From NCBI GenBank assembly GCA_050298055.1, contig JBNKTL010000031.1, positions 1-39,647 of the forward strand: a DNA stretch of 39,647 nucleotides, written 5' to 3'. Of the stretch, positions 26,282 through 37,293 are shown piece by piece. The first letter of the stretch is position 1; each line of letters opens with the position of its first letter. The notes under the pieces are model-generated. The model had not been told where the DNA came from. It did no database searches and saw only the letters and a list, made by a program, of their open reading frames with translations. The translations under genes were made by a program, and so were the position numbers. This DNA is from Spirochaetota bacterium. GTDB lineage: Bacteria > Spirochaetota > UBA4802 > UBA5550.

Positions 26282-27401
26282 TATGAATGCAAAAGAAAGA
26301 ATTGATGCTGCAATTGCTCTGGAACAGCCGGACCGGGTTCCTGTGGCGCCATTGCTTGACCATTTTGCCGCTACCTATTCCGGATATTCCAATGCGGAAA
26401 TCATGAGTGACGGCAATAAGAGAATCGAAGCGGTCCTTAAAACGGCAAAGGAGTTGGGACCATGGGACATGACTTTTCTGGCGGATACGGCGAATGCCAG
26501 ACTTTTAAAAATCGGTGTCCCGATGAAATTGAAACAGCCCGGTAGTGAACTGTCGGCTAATGAAATACACCAGTTTGATGAAAAAGAATTATTGAAGCCT
26601 GATGATTACGACCTCCTTGAACGGATAGGGGTTAAGAGATTCATGTTGAATGTTCTTGGACGTAATTACCCTGAGTGGAAAGGTTTGAAGGCGTTACCCC
26701 CTTTCATCGGTATCATAAGGGAATATAAAAAACATGCCCGTTTAGTAATGAAGGAAGGCATTGAAGTTGCAGCCGGTTTTATTCATCCGGGGGCGTTATA
26801 TGAGTATTTTTCCTTTGGGAGGAGCATTTCAGGTATCAGCGCGGACACTTTTAAGCTGGGTGATAAAATAGTATCTGCCGGAAAACTATGGGCGGAGGAT
26901 ACGGCTGATACTTTCATACGGATTGCCAGGTACGTAGGTGTCCCCAGGATTTTTATCGGTATGTCCAGGGAATCACCGGAATATATTTCAAAGAAGAATT
27001 TCGAAAGATTGGTCCTTCCCGGACTGAGTTATTTGGTAAATAGATTTATTGATGCCGGCATAACGCCGTTGTTGCATTGTGATACAAACTGGACGAAGTT
27101 TCTGGAAATCTTCAAGGATTTCCCTGCCGGCAAGTGCATTCTTGACCTGGATAGTAAAACCGACATCTTTAAAGCGAAGGAAATACTGAATGGGCATATG
27201 TGCATCATGGGAGATGTGCCTGCGGAACTGCTTGTCAGGGGTTCACGTGATGATGTGTTATCTTACTGCAAAAGGCTTATCGATATTGTCGGTAAGGGTG
27301 GCGGCTTCATTCTTTCATCCGGTTGTTCGATTCCGGCAAATGCGAAGGTTGAGAACGTGCGGGCAATAATGGAATCGGTTGAGAAATGGGGCCGTTATTA
27401 G
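26274..27401 (+). CDS. UroD/MtaA-CmuA family corrinoid methyltransferase (MT1-like), paralog 2
   Basis: Same length and motifs as 9880..11007; start overlaps the corrinoid gene stop. Confidence 0.88.
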   Translation: MFDMNAKERIDAAIALEQPDRVPVAPLLDHFAATYSGYSNAEIMSDGNKRIEAVLKTAKELGPWDMTFLADTANARLLKIGVPMKLKQPGSELSANEIHQFDEKELLKPDDYDLLERIGVKRFMLNVLGRNYPEWKGLKALPPFIGIIREYKKHARLVMKEGIEVAAGFIHPGALYEYFSFGRSISGISADTFKLGDKIVSAGKLWAEDTADTFIRIARYVGVPRIFIGMSRESPEYISKKNFERLVLPGLSYLVNRFIDAGITPLLHCDTNWTKFLEIFKDFPAGKCILDLDSKTDIFKAKEILNGHMCIMGDVPAELLVRGSRDDVLSYCKRLIDIVGKGGGFILSSGCSIPANAKVENVRAIMESVEKWGRY

Positions 27402-27557
27402 GATAACGAAATAAATACTAATTACCGGCGACAGAGCTCTCATTGGACATCCGTAATACATGGAAGCATAAGTGCTGATGTGACACATATGGACAGGACT
27501 TTCAATTTATCTTTATCTATAATCAGGAGCCCTATCCTATAGATGAATGGACACTAT

Positions 27558-28643
27558 ATGAAAATATTATTAAAAATCGCAACAGTTTTAGCAATAGTTA
27601 TAATGTCATTTGTGACACATGCCTGTGCAACAACTGATAAAACATTTAATGTTACAGAGTGGCATAAAAGTATTGTCAATATTAACCCTGAGCGTCTCTA
27701 TGCTCCTCACTATAAAGATGGCTTGTATTTTAATCCCTGGAATAAAATGCAGAAAAAGGGACTGGCAACTTTGTTGGCCTGGAAACTCTCATCCAAGAGG
27801 GAATATACTAAGGAAGAGAAGGAATTTAGCCCTCAAGTGATCCAGGGAGCAAAGGAACGTATTAAACTGACAAAGAGTGATTTTATTATGTGGGTTGGGC
27901 ATAATACTTTTTTGCTGCGGATTAATGGTATTTATTGGATTACCGATCCTATTTTTTCCGAGAAAGCTTTTATAGTACAACGTAAAACCCGTCCCGGTCT
28001 ATCTGTTGAGGATCTGAAAGATGTGACAAATTCAATCAACATTATAATTACTCATAACCATTATGACCATCTCGATGAAGATAGTATTAAGGCTATGCCG
28101 GCTCAAGGTAATGATTTTGTTCCGAAGGGAATAAAGAAATTTTTTCATTCATCAGGAAGGAAAAATGTAGAGGAGATGGACTGGTGGCAGGAAATACAAG
28201 TTGGTAAAGGTGTTAAATTGATATGTTTACCGGCACAGCACTGGTCAAAACGGCTTGGACAATCAGATAATACAACATTGTGGGCAAGTTATATGTTAAT
28301 AACATCTAAACACACTTTTTATATTGGCGGAGATAGTGGATATTTTCCGGGGTATAAGGAGTTTGGGAAAAAATTTAAAAAAATTGACTATGCCTTTTTG
28401 CCTACAACTGCATATCATCCCCGTTGGTTTATGCACTATAACCATATGAATGTAAAAGAAGCATTAATGGCATTTAAAGAATTAGGCGCACAATACTTTA
28501 TCCCAACCCAATGGGGGACGTTTCCTCTTGGGGATGAGCCAATCGGTTATCCCGCGCTTGATCTGCAGCGTCAAATAAAAGAACAAAAGCTTGATAAAAA
28601 GCGTTTTTTTATAATGGATATTGGGGAAATAATTAAAAATTGA
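27558..28643 (+). CDS. MBL-fold metallo-hydrolase (NAPE-PLD/RomA-like), probable lipoprotein
   Basis: WVGHNT, TDPIFS, THNHYDHLD, PAQHWS, GDSGY, HMN. Signal peptide ends in THAC. Alternative start at 27543. Confidence 0.88.
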   Translation: MKILLKIATVLAIVIMSFVTHACATTDKTFNVTEWHKSIVNINPERLYAPHYKDGLYFNPWNKMQKKGLATLLAWKLSSKREYTKEEKEFSPQVIQGAKERIKLTKSDFIMWVGHNTFLLRINGIYWITDPIFSEKAFIVQRKTRPGLSVEDLKDVTNSINIIITHNHYDHLDEDSIKAMPAQGNDFVPKGIKKFFHSSGRKNVEEMDWWQEIQVGKGVKLICLPAQHWSKRLGQSDNTTLWASYMLITSKHTFYIGGDSGYFPGYKEFGKKFKKIDYAFLPTTAYHPRWFMHYNHMNVKEALMAFKELGAQYFIPTQWGTFPLGDEPIGYPALDLQRQIKEQKLDKKRFFIMDIGEIIKN

Positions 28644-29056
28644 TTTGATAAAACGTCATTTTTTTGTTTGTTATGCAGGTATTAACTGTAGTTTAAATAC
28701 AACCATAATAAAAACAGTAAGCTTTTCACATGGGTTCCAGGTATACAGAATATATTGAAAAAGCTGGTCTCCTGATAAAGTCAACAAATCCGCAATTCTC
28801 TCTTACTTTTTGTGTAAAATAACATACCGAAATAACAGGTCGTCGTCAAACTCCTTTTTATACATATCCGTTATAAATTGAGTATCGTTATTACACCTGC
28901 TTTAACTTCTATGTTGTTTATCCTCTTTTGTGTTAATCTCTATAAGCAACAGTATAGGTTTTTCTGTTTTCAAATTTAAATGTAATTCTCCAGTTACTAT
29001 TTATCCAGTAAACCATATGTCTACAGCCATCATTACCCATGAGAAAAGTGCCAGAG

Positions 29057-29255
29057 GAACCGGTGTTTGAATATTTTAATAGATTATTCGCTTGACATAT
29101 CCATCAAATATCGTATGTGTTATATAATACAAAACATTATCGTTCTATAGTGATAATTGCATATGTTATATTTTTTTAATTTAGAAATAAACCATATCTA
29201 TTCTTTAAATGAAACATATGTGAATATACACGGGATTGTATTATAGTGTGGAAAA
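29057..29255 (+). promoter_or_regulatory. Repeated module, copy 5 (upstream of ene-reductase relic and amidohydrolase)
   Basis: GAACCGGTGTTTGAAT, TTGACA 29092-29097, TATAAT 29123-29128, ATTATCGTTCTATAGT 29136-29151, AAACCATATCTATTCTTT, CACGGGATTGTATTA. Confidence 0.87.
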
Positions 29256-29337
29256 ACATAGTATTCACAATACCGGCTACCACCGCTGAGCAATTGTGAA
29301 ACAAACTGAACGAAGTTAAATGAAAGGTGATAACTGA

Positions 29338-29481
29338 AATGTGGTGAATGTATTAAAAGAAGGCAAGGCCCGGATGGTTCTTCAGGGGCGTTAGCAGATT
29401 GCCACGGATTTTGGAGGCAAGAAATTATCCAGGACATTTGAATACGCTGAAGGTGAATTTGAAGAATTCATGAAGCGCTAA
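29338..29481 (+). pseudogene. Relic of a third OYE-like oxidoreductase
   Basis: Translates NVVNVLKEGKARMVLQGR*QIA...SRTFEYAEGEFEEFMKR*. This matches NVVDVLKNGKADIVQQGRQQIC and the tail SEVWEYTEEELKE of the intact paralogs. In-frame TAG at 29392-29394. Confidence 0.8.
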
Positions 29482-29536
29482 GGGGAAGGATTCGGATAAT
29501 ATATTAAATTTAATACCAACACAAAGGAGTAAGCCA

Positions 29537-30565
29537 ATGACAACAGATGACGGATATTTTAAAATTGACCCGGAACCCCACCTCATCGGGACAAATGGAT
29601 CACACTATGAATATTTTCCGGGATACAAAATGTGGTGGACGGCGATTGCGAATATCGCAAGGCCTTTAATCACAGGCACACATCCCGAACTACTCACAAA
29701 AGCTGTGGAAGGTATGGAGGAATGGGAGATGGAGAAAAATGCGGACCCGGCTAATCTTCTGCGTGCCATGGACAAATATGGCGTGGATGTTGCCTGTCTG
29801 CTGCCCGAATCATGCATGGACACCTGCGGCTATTCAGGCAGGTTCTGCAGTAATGGGGAGATGGCCGAGATCGTGGAATCAAATCCCGATCGATTTATGT
29901 ATCAGCCAAATATGTCCCCAATCAAATTCAAGGGGGTACAGAATACCATCAGGGAGCTGGAATACTGGGCAAAGGAAAAAAACGCGAAGATATTCAAATA
30001 TCTTTGCACCGAGGATACCTATATCAATGATCCGGAGTTGTGGCCGTTCTATGAGAAATGCCAGGAACTGGAAATCATTCTTGATATTCACACCGGCATG
30101 TCCTGGTGCCCTCCCCAGGCCAGCAAGTATGCGCATCCTGTGTTTCTGGATGATGTGTGCAGGGATTTCCCCGATTTGAAGATTGTTGCATTTCATATGG
30201 GATATCCTTATTGCGATCAACTGAACATGGTGGCAATGGGACACGCCAATCTGTATGTCTGCCTCAGCCTGTTGGTTCCCTGGGCGATTACAGCCCCGCG
30301 CAAATTTGCGAAAATCATCGGTGAAGCCCTGCGATGGGTCGGTCCGGATAAAATTATATGGGGAACGGATTATGCTGGATTTGGTGCACAGGTAAAAACT
30401 GCTGTGGAAGGGCTGCGAAATTTTCAAATCCCGGAGGATATGCAATTGGGTTATGGTTATCCGCCAATAACGGATGAAGACCGGCGGAAGATTTTCGGCG
30501 GTAACCTTGGTCGGCTCCTGGAAATCGATACCAGCAAACGAAAAGTGAACGGCATATCCATGTAA
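29537..30565 (+). CDS. Amidohydrolase family 2 protein
   Basis: LRAMDKYGVD, PELWPFYEKCQEL, DIHTG, LDDVCRDFPDLKIVAFHMG, KIIWGTDY, KIFGGN; AAGGAG RBS. Confidence 0.9.
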   Translation: MTTDDGYFKIDPEPHLIGTNGSHYEYFPGYKMWWTAIANIARPLITGTHPELLTKAVEGMEEWEMEKNADPANLLRAMDKYGVDVACLLPESCMDTCGYSGRFCSNGEMAEIVESNPDRFMYQPNMSPIKFKGVQNTIRELEYWAKEKNAKIFKYLCTEDTYINDPELWPFYEKCQELEIILDIHTGMSWCPPQASKYAHPVFLDDVCRDFPDLKIVAFHMGYPYCDQLNMVAMGHANLYVCLSLLVPWAITAPRKFAKIIGEALRWVGPDKIIWGTDYAGFGAQVKTAVEGLRNFQIPEDMQLGYGYPPITDEDRRKIFGGNLGRLLEIDTSKRKVNGISM

Positions 30566-30614
30566 TAAAAGGATTTACATCTGCCCGGACAAGCAAGCCG
30601 TTGTGATGCCGGCA

Positions 30615-30651
30615 CCCCTTGCCCCTGATGGCCATTCCCAGGGGTAAGGGG
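30615..30651 (+). terminator. GC-rich hairpin after amidohydrolase (terminator or 3' stabiliser)
   Basis: CCCCTTGCCCCTG 30615-30627 pairs with CAGGGGTAAGGGG 30639-30651. No T tract. Confidence 0.45.
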
Positions 30652-30768
30652 CTCATCATGGATCTAAACTGAATTATTCAAATGGTGAATTATATTCTGG
30701 ACCGAGGTGAACCGATGAACTACCATCGATGTCACCTGTCGTTACGGTACAAGAGAAAAGTGACAACG

Positions 30769-31019
30769 GAACCGGTGTTTGAATGTTTTAATAGATTAAT
30801 CACTTGACATTTATATCCAATTGTAGATATATTGTATAATACTGAAAGTTATCGTTCTATAGTCATGATATGATTTATTGTATATATATTATTCATTTTA
30901 GATCTATGGGGCTTACCCGTATCTAATTTTTTAGTGAAACATGCGGGAATGTGCACTGGATTGTTTTTCTCTTGGGAGAAAACAGAAAGATTATATTGAA
31001 TCACGGACGGTGGGTACCC
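30769..31019 (+). promoter_or_regulatory. Repeated module, copy 6 (upstream of acetoacetate-CoA ligase)
   Basis: TTGACA 30804-30809, TATAAT 30835-30840, GTTATCGTTCTATAGT 30848-30863, CTCTTGGGAGA, GGGTACCC 31012-31019. Similarity to copy 1 extends upstream to 30686. Confidence 0.85.
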
Positions 31020-31218
31020 TTGTGTATAGGGTGAAAAGAAATAGAGATTAACCGGCCTCCAACAAGCCAAAAGAAAATATTGTATCGTTCATTAAAATTA
31101 TTCAATATTGACATCGGGTTATCGGGAATGATACTCCTTTATTAAAAACCGCTCCTATGAATATTGTTTTCTGTCATCCGGAAACGGTTTAATGTTTTAT
31201 ATAAGCGAGGTAACTGTT

Positions 31219-33174
<1,956 letters not shown>

Positions 33175-33366
33175 GGGTTTTTTAACAGCCTTGTTTTGGA
33201 TTATCCCTGGCGGATATCGGTATCGAAAAATTGAACTGTGCGGACTGTTGTCTTAAGAGATGAAAGTCCCGGTGTTACAGGTTTTTGCACAGTGGATGGC
33301 AGTGGTAAGACTGCAGGTTGCGGGGAGATCGATATCAAGTAAAGATATACCGAGAGGATGTAAACT

Positions 33367-34980
33367 ATGACTCTGAATAAAAGATTTGCTCAATATTTCC
33401 TTAAGAATTATAAGGATGAAACCTATTTAATACGACTGAAAGCCTATGTATGGATGTACCTGACACTCATCTGTCTTGTACTTTTAATACTATTAAATAC
33501 ACAATTTTTACTTTCAGGTGAAAGCCAGGCAAACATATACGTTGCTATCGGTGGTATAGCAAGTCTTATCAGCTTTTTGATAAGCATAATAATTTTTAAA
33601 ATGGGAAAGTTCAGACTTTCTATTAATTTTATGACTTTATTTCTGGCAATTCTTACGTGCCTCTCCATTAATTTCGACACCATAAGAAGTGAATATTCCA
33701 TGCATTACATCAATTGGCTCTTCATAATGTTCGTAGAAATAGTTATAACAGCGGTATTTTCAAATAAAAGATGGCTCACCTTCATTTTATGTTTAATAAT
33801 TGCTTCAACCGGCATATATTTTTACCGGGCATTTGACAATAATGTCTTTGATCAAGCAGTTGCTCTTGGGGCGAAGCGGGGCATTCCGCTCTTTACTTTT
33901 TCCATATTGATTGTCTATGTTATGTCAATTTTATCGGATATTATAAACAAAAAAACAATCGACAGGTCGGAAAGTGAGGCGAAAAAGAACAAGGAACAGA
34001 GTGTTATCATTGAGAGCATCCATAAGACTATTTCAACCGTTTCGGAGCAATTGTCCGTGAGCGCTCGCAACCTCGCGGAGGAAGCACGTGTTTTTACAGA
34101 ACAGTCGCAGGGGCAGGCGGCGACGATAGAAGAAATTTCTTCAGCGTCCGAACAGATATTGAGCGGCGTCGATATAGTCGCTGACCGTGTGGTGAAACAG
34201 AACCAGAACATGAATGCGCTTTCAAAAAGAATCCATGAGCTATCAATATCTATCGGTGAAATGAACGAGAAGATCCATTCCACCATGGAGATTACCGGTA
34301 ATATCTCCAGCATCGCTAATGCGGGTGGGGATGTATTGAATGCCATGAACGAGAGCTTTACGAAAGTGAGTGAGAGTTCAAACCTTATGAATAATATTAT
34401 TAAAATGATCGATGACATTTCTGACCGCACGAATCTGCTTTCCCTGAACGCTTCCATTGAGGCTGCCCGGGCTGGCGAAGCGGGAAGAGGTTTTGCCGTT
34501 GTGGCTGAAGAAATTTCAAAACTGGCTGATCAGACAGCAGCCAGCATCAAAGAGATAGATCAGCTTATCAAAGGTAATATCGATGAGATAGATACCGGCA
34601 TGAAAAATATCAATGAAACGATTAACACTATTATGAGCATAATATCGGGGGTTAATTCGATAACCAATAAAATAAATGATATTTCAGAATTTATGAAGAA
34701 TCAGAGTAGTGTTAATAATCAGGTCACCAATGAGGCGAATGCGGTTCTGGAGCTGTCAAATGAAATCGAGGATTCCATGGCTGAGCAGAAAAACGCTATG
34801 AATGAAATTGCCAAATCAATTTATACCGTTAGTGAAACAACACAGCAGTATACAATGGGTTCTGATAAGTTATCTACCAGTTCAAAGGATCTGGAAGAGC
34901 TGGCCAACAATCTTCAGTTACTCTTGAAAAAGAAAAGTGAAAGCTCATTGGATGACATCTTCGAGGACAATATGTCTTAG
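33367..34980 (+). CDS. Methyl-accepting chemotaxis protein with multi-TM sensor
   Basis: Five to six N-terminal TM segments; [33 protein letters not shown] signalling hairpin. Confidence 0.95.
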   Translation: MTLNKRFAQYFLKNYKDETYLIRLKAYVWMYLTLICLVLLILLNTQFLLSGESQANIYVAIGGIASLISFLISIIIFKMGKFRLSINFMTLFLAILTCLSINFDTIRSEYSMHYINWLFIMFVEIVITAVFSNKRWLTFILCLIIASTGIYFYRAFDNNVFDQAVALGAKRGIPLFTFSILIVYVMSILSDIINKKTIDRSESEAKKNKEQSVIIESIHKTISTVSEQLSVSARNLAEEARVFTEQSQGQAATIEEISSASEQILSGVDIVADRVVKQNQNMNALSKRIHELSISIGEMNEKIHSTMEITGNISSIANAGGDVLNAMNESFTKVSESSNLMNNIIKMIDDISDRTNLLSLNASIEAARAGEAGRGFAVVAEEISKLADQTAASIKEIDQLIKGNIDEIDTGMKNINETINTIMSIISGVNSITNKINDISEFMKNQSSVNNQVTNEANAVLELSNEIEDSMAEQKNAMNEIAKSIYTVSETTQQYTMGSDKLSTSSKDLEELANNLQLLLKKKSESSLDDIFEDNMS

Positions 34981-35047
34981 ATCTTATGAATGAGAAATAA
35001 ACAAAGATGAACCTGTCATGCTGCTTTCATTGCCGTTTAACAATGCT

Positions 35048-35635
35048 TTACATTTTTGAAAATTTCAATTCAATATTTTTCAGCCATTTTTTTCTCTTTT
35101 CATCTGAAGCCATTTTTACCATGTGAAGATTTATCCATTTCCTTTTGCCATAGCCCGTTTTCCAGAAGGTGCCTTTCAGGAGAGCGTTTTTTATCGGATT
35201 GCCAAAAATTAACCGGTACAGAATTTTAGGTGTGTTCATAGTCGTGACAACGGTTACACCTTTTAAATTTTTTAACAAAGGAAACATGCTGATTCCGTTT
35301 GGCTTATAGTCGTAAGCAACACCGGGGAAAATAACTTTATCAATAAATCCCTTTAACAATGCGGGCATAAGTTCCCACCAGATAGGGAATATAAAAATCA
35401 GATGATCTGCTTTCTCAAGCCGACCCTTGTACTCGATAACCTTGGGGTCAATGGGATTTTTGTCCCTAAACGCTTTTAAATCGGCAGCTGTCATGACAGG
35501 ATTGAAATTTTCTTTGTCAAGATGTATCAAATCAATGTTATGCTGTGCTTTTTTAAGTCCGCTGGTAACTGATTCCAGGATAGCATTACAGTAACTTCCT
35601 GAATAAGGATGATTAAATACAATTAATGTGTTCAT
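35048..35635 (-). CDS. NAD(P)H-dependent oxidoreductase, flavodoxin-2 (MdaB/KefF-like)
   Basis: NHPYSGSYC, FNPVM, ADHLIFIFPIWW-MPALLKGFIDKV. Confidence 0.9.
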   Translation of the reverse strand: MNTLIVFNHPYSGSYCNAILESVTSGLKKAQHNIDLIHLDKENFNPVMTAADLKAFRDKNPIDPKVIEYKGRLEKADHLIFIFPIWWELMPALLKGFIDKVIFPGVAYDYKPNGISMFPLLKNLKGVTVVTTMNTPKILYRLIFGNPIKNALLKGTFWKTGYGKRKWINLHMVKMASDEKRKKWLKNIELKFSKM

Positions 35636-35700
35636 TTTAAACCTCTATACCCAAATTATAATTGTTTTTTGTTTTAGTAAGAAATAAATCATTAGACTCT

Positions 35701-36609
35701 TTATTTTTCTTTTGTTTCGTTCAAACCGGCTTCCATGCGGGTAACTTCATATGTCGCACACCAGTCCAGATCTTTCATGCCATTGGCAATGGCGGATATG
35801 TGTTTGTTTTTGCAAATGTTTATAATACCGGGAATCACCTGTACGTCGGAAAATGCCTGTTGAAACAGGCTAATATCCTTTAAACCGGCCGCCATATCAA
35901 AACCAACATTTTCAAAATCTCTTTGCCGTATTTTTTCGGCATACATTTGCAGTGTGGGATCGGCATAAGTCATTTTCAATGCAATGAGTATTATGTCGGG
36001 ATTTAATCCGCTCTTTTCGGCAAAAGTGTATATCTCGCCCATCATCTCTATTTGAGTCGCCGCAATATAATTGGCGCAAATCTTCATGCTGTTGGCAGCG
36101 CCGGGGTCTTCTCCCAGGTTCATGGAAAAATTTGTATATGATTCAATAAGCGTCTTGCAGTTTTCAATAATTTCAGGATTCCCCGATAAAAAGGTCTTTA
36201 ATTCCCGCTTTTCTGCCGCGTCTGGTCTCCCGAGTACCGGCCCGGCAATGTAATATGTACCGGTTTTCTTATGCATCTCTGCCAGTAAACGGGCCGTTTT
36301 GGGCAGTATAGTAGAAAGGGAGATATGCACCCCGTCCTTTTTTAATCCTGCAATAATACCATCGGGACCTCCGGTTACACTGAGTTCCGTATTATCATCC
36401 ATCAGGCTTGTAAAAACAATATCAGCCCTGGATGCCACATCACGGGGAGATGATCCTCTTTGAGCACCTTTTTTTATTAACGAATCGATCTTCGAGTTAT
36501 CAAGATCATAAACTGTGAGCTTAAATCCATTTTGAAGGATGTTCCCTGCTATGGCCGTACCCATCCTGCCAAGCCCGATAAATCCAATTGATGGTGTTGG
36601 AGTATCCAT
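35701..36609 (-). CDS. NAD(P)-dependent oxidoreductase, beta-hydroxyacid dehydrogenase family
   Basis: IGFIGLGRMG Rossmann motif, SLSTI, AGPVLGRP, MKICAN (catalytic Lys). Confidence 0.9.
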   Translation of the reverse strand: MDTPTPSIGFIGLGRMGTAIAGNILQNGFKLTVYDLDNSKIDSLIKKGAQRGSSPRDVASRADIVFTSLMDDNTELSVTGGPDGIIAGLKKDGVHISLSTILPKTARLLAEMHKKTGTYYIAGPVLGRPDAAEKRELKTFLSGNPEIIENCKTLIESYTNFSMNLGEDPGAANSMKICANYIAATQIEMMGEIYTFAEKSGLNPDIILIALKMTYADPTLQMYAEKIRQRDFENVGFDMAAGLKDISLFQQAFSDVQVIPGIINICKNKHISAIANGMKDLDWCATYEVTRMEAGLNETKEK

Positions 36610-36682
36610 AGTATTTTCCTCATCTCGTTTATATGTATGGGAATATAATATCCTTATAATACATAAAAACAGACGTATGTCG

Positions 36683-36696
36683 TTATCATTTGTTAA
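36683..36696. promoter_or_regulatory. Putative Crp/Fnr-family binding site
   Basis: Minus-strand TTAACAAATGATAA between the Crp gene stop and the oxidoreductase start (74 bp upstream), at class II activator distance from TATTAT. Confidence 0.55.
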
Positions 36697-36717
36697 TTTG
36701 GGATGTTTTTTGGGAAA

Positions 36718-37257
36718 TTATCGGATATTTTTTTTCAGTCGGCTCAGCGAAACCGGGGTTATCCCCAGGTAGGATGCGATGTAATGCTGGGGAACTCTTT
36801 CCGCTATTTGGGGATAGCGTTCAATGAGTTCAATGTACCGCTCTCCTGCACTGTCCTTGATACGGGAAAGAAAAAGCCTGGTATAGTTTTCCAGCCTGAG
36901 GAGGAGTATTTTCTGGAAAGCCTCCTTCATTCCGGGTTTTCCCTTTAGCAGCAGGTCAAAATCATCTTTATGAATTGCTATGACACGGGAAGGTTCGATG
37001 CTTTCCATGTAAAAAAGGCTGGGAATTCCGTTCATAAAGCTTTCCATGGATGATACTGCCTGGTTCTCGAAGAAAAACTGGAAGGTAATATCTCTGCCGT
37101 TCTTGTTGAACCAGAGACGGAGACAGCCTTCCCGGATGATATACATGAAGTGCGAGATTTCACCCTCCTGCAGAAGCGTTGTTTTTGCGTCAATATGTTT
37201 CTCTTTAAGGAGGTGAGGGTATTCCTCACCAAGACTGTCGAGGAGATTTTTCAGCAT
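36718..37257 (-). CDS. Crp/Fnr family transcriptional regulator
   Basis: LLQEGE, YIIREGCLR cNMP-binding fold; RVPQHYIASYLGITPVSLSRL HTH. Confidence 0.92.
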   Translation of the reverse strand: MLKNLLDSLGEEYPHLLKEKHIDAKTTLLQEGEISHFMYIIREGCLRLWFNKNGRDITFQFFFENQAVSSMESFMNGIPSLFYMESIEPSRVIAIHKDDFDLLLKGKPGMKEAFQKILLLRLENYTRLFLSRIKDSAGERYIELIERYPQIAERVPQHYIASYLGITPVSLSRLKKNIR

Positions 37258-37293
37258 TGCGAAAACCTGTAATAATATTTTATAAAGAACTTC

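Noticed and set aside
28644..29000. Possible decayed gene in AT-rich spacer (also 7540..7980)
   Set aside because: Only short frames with no recognisable similarity.
29392..29394. In-frame TAG as a pyrrolysine codon
   Set aside because: It aligns with a Gln (CAG) in intact paralogs inside a deleted relic, and no pyl genes are present.
31081..31096. Degenerate extra operator TGTATCGTTCATTAAA near a second TTGACA at 31108
   Set aside because: Only the 8-bp TATCGTTC core matches; needs a PWM score before it can be called.
33175..33366. Sigma28 promoter or c-di-GMP riboswitch upstream of the MCP
   Set aside because: Only a weak TAAG...ATCGATAT match with wrong spacing, and no GEMM consensus.
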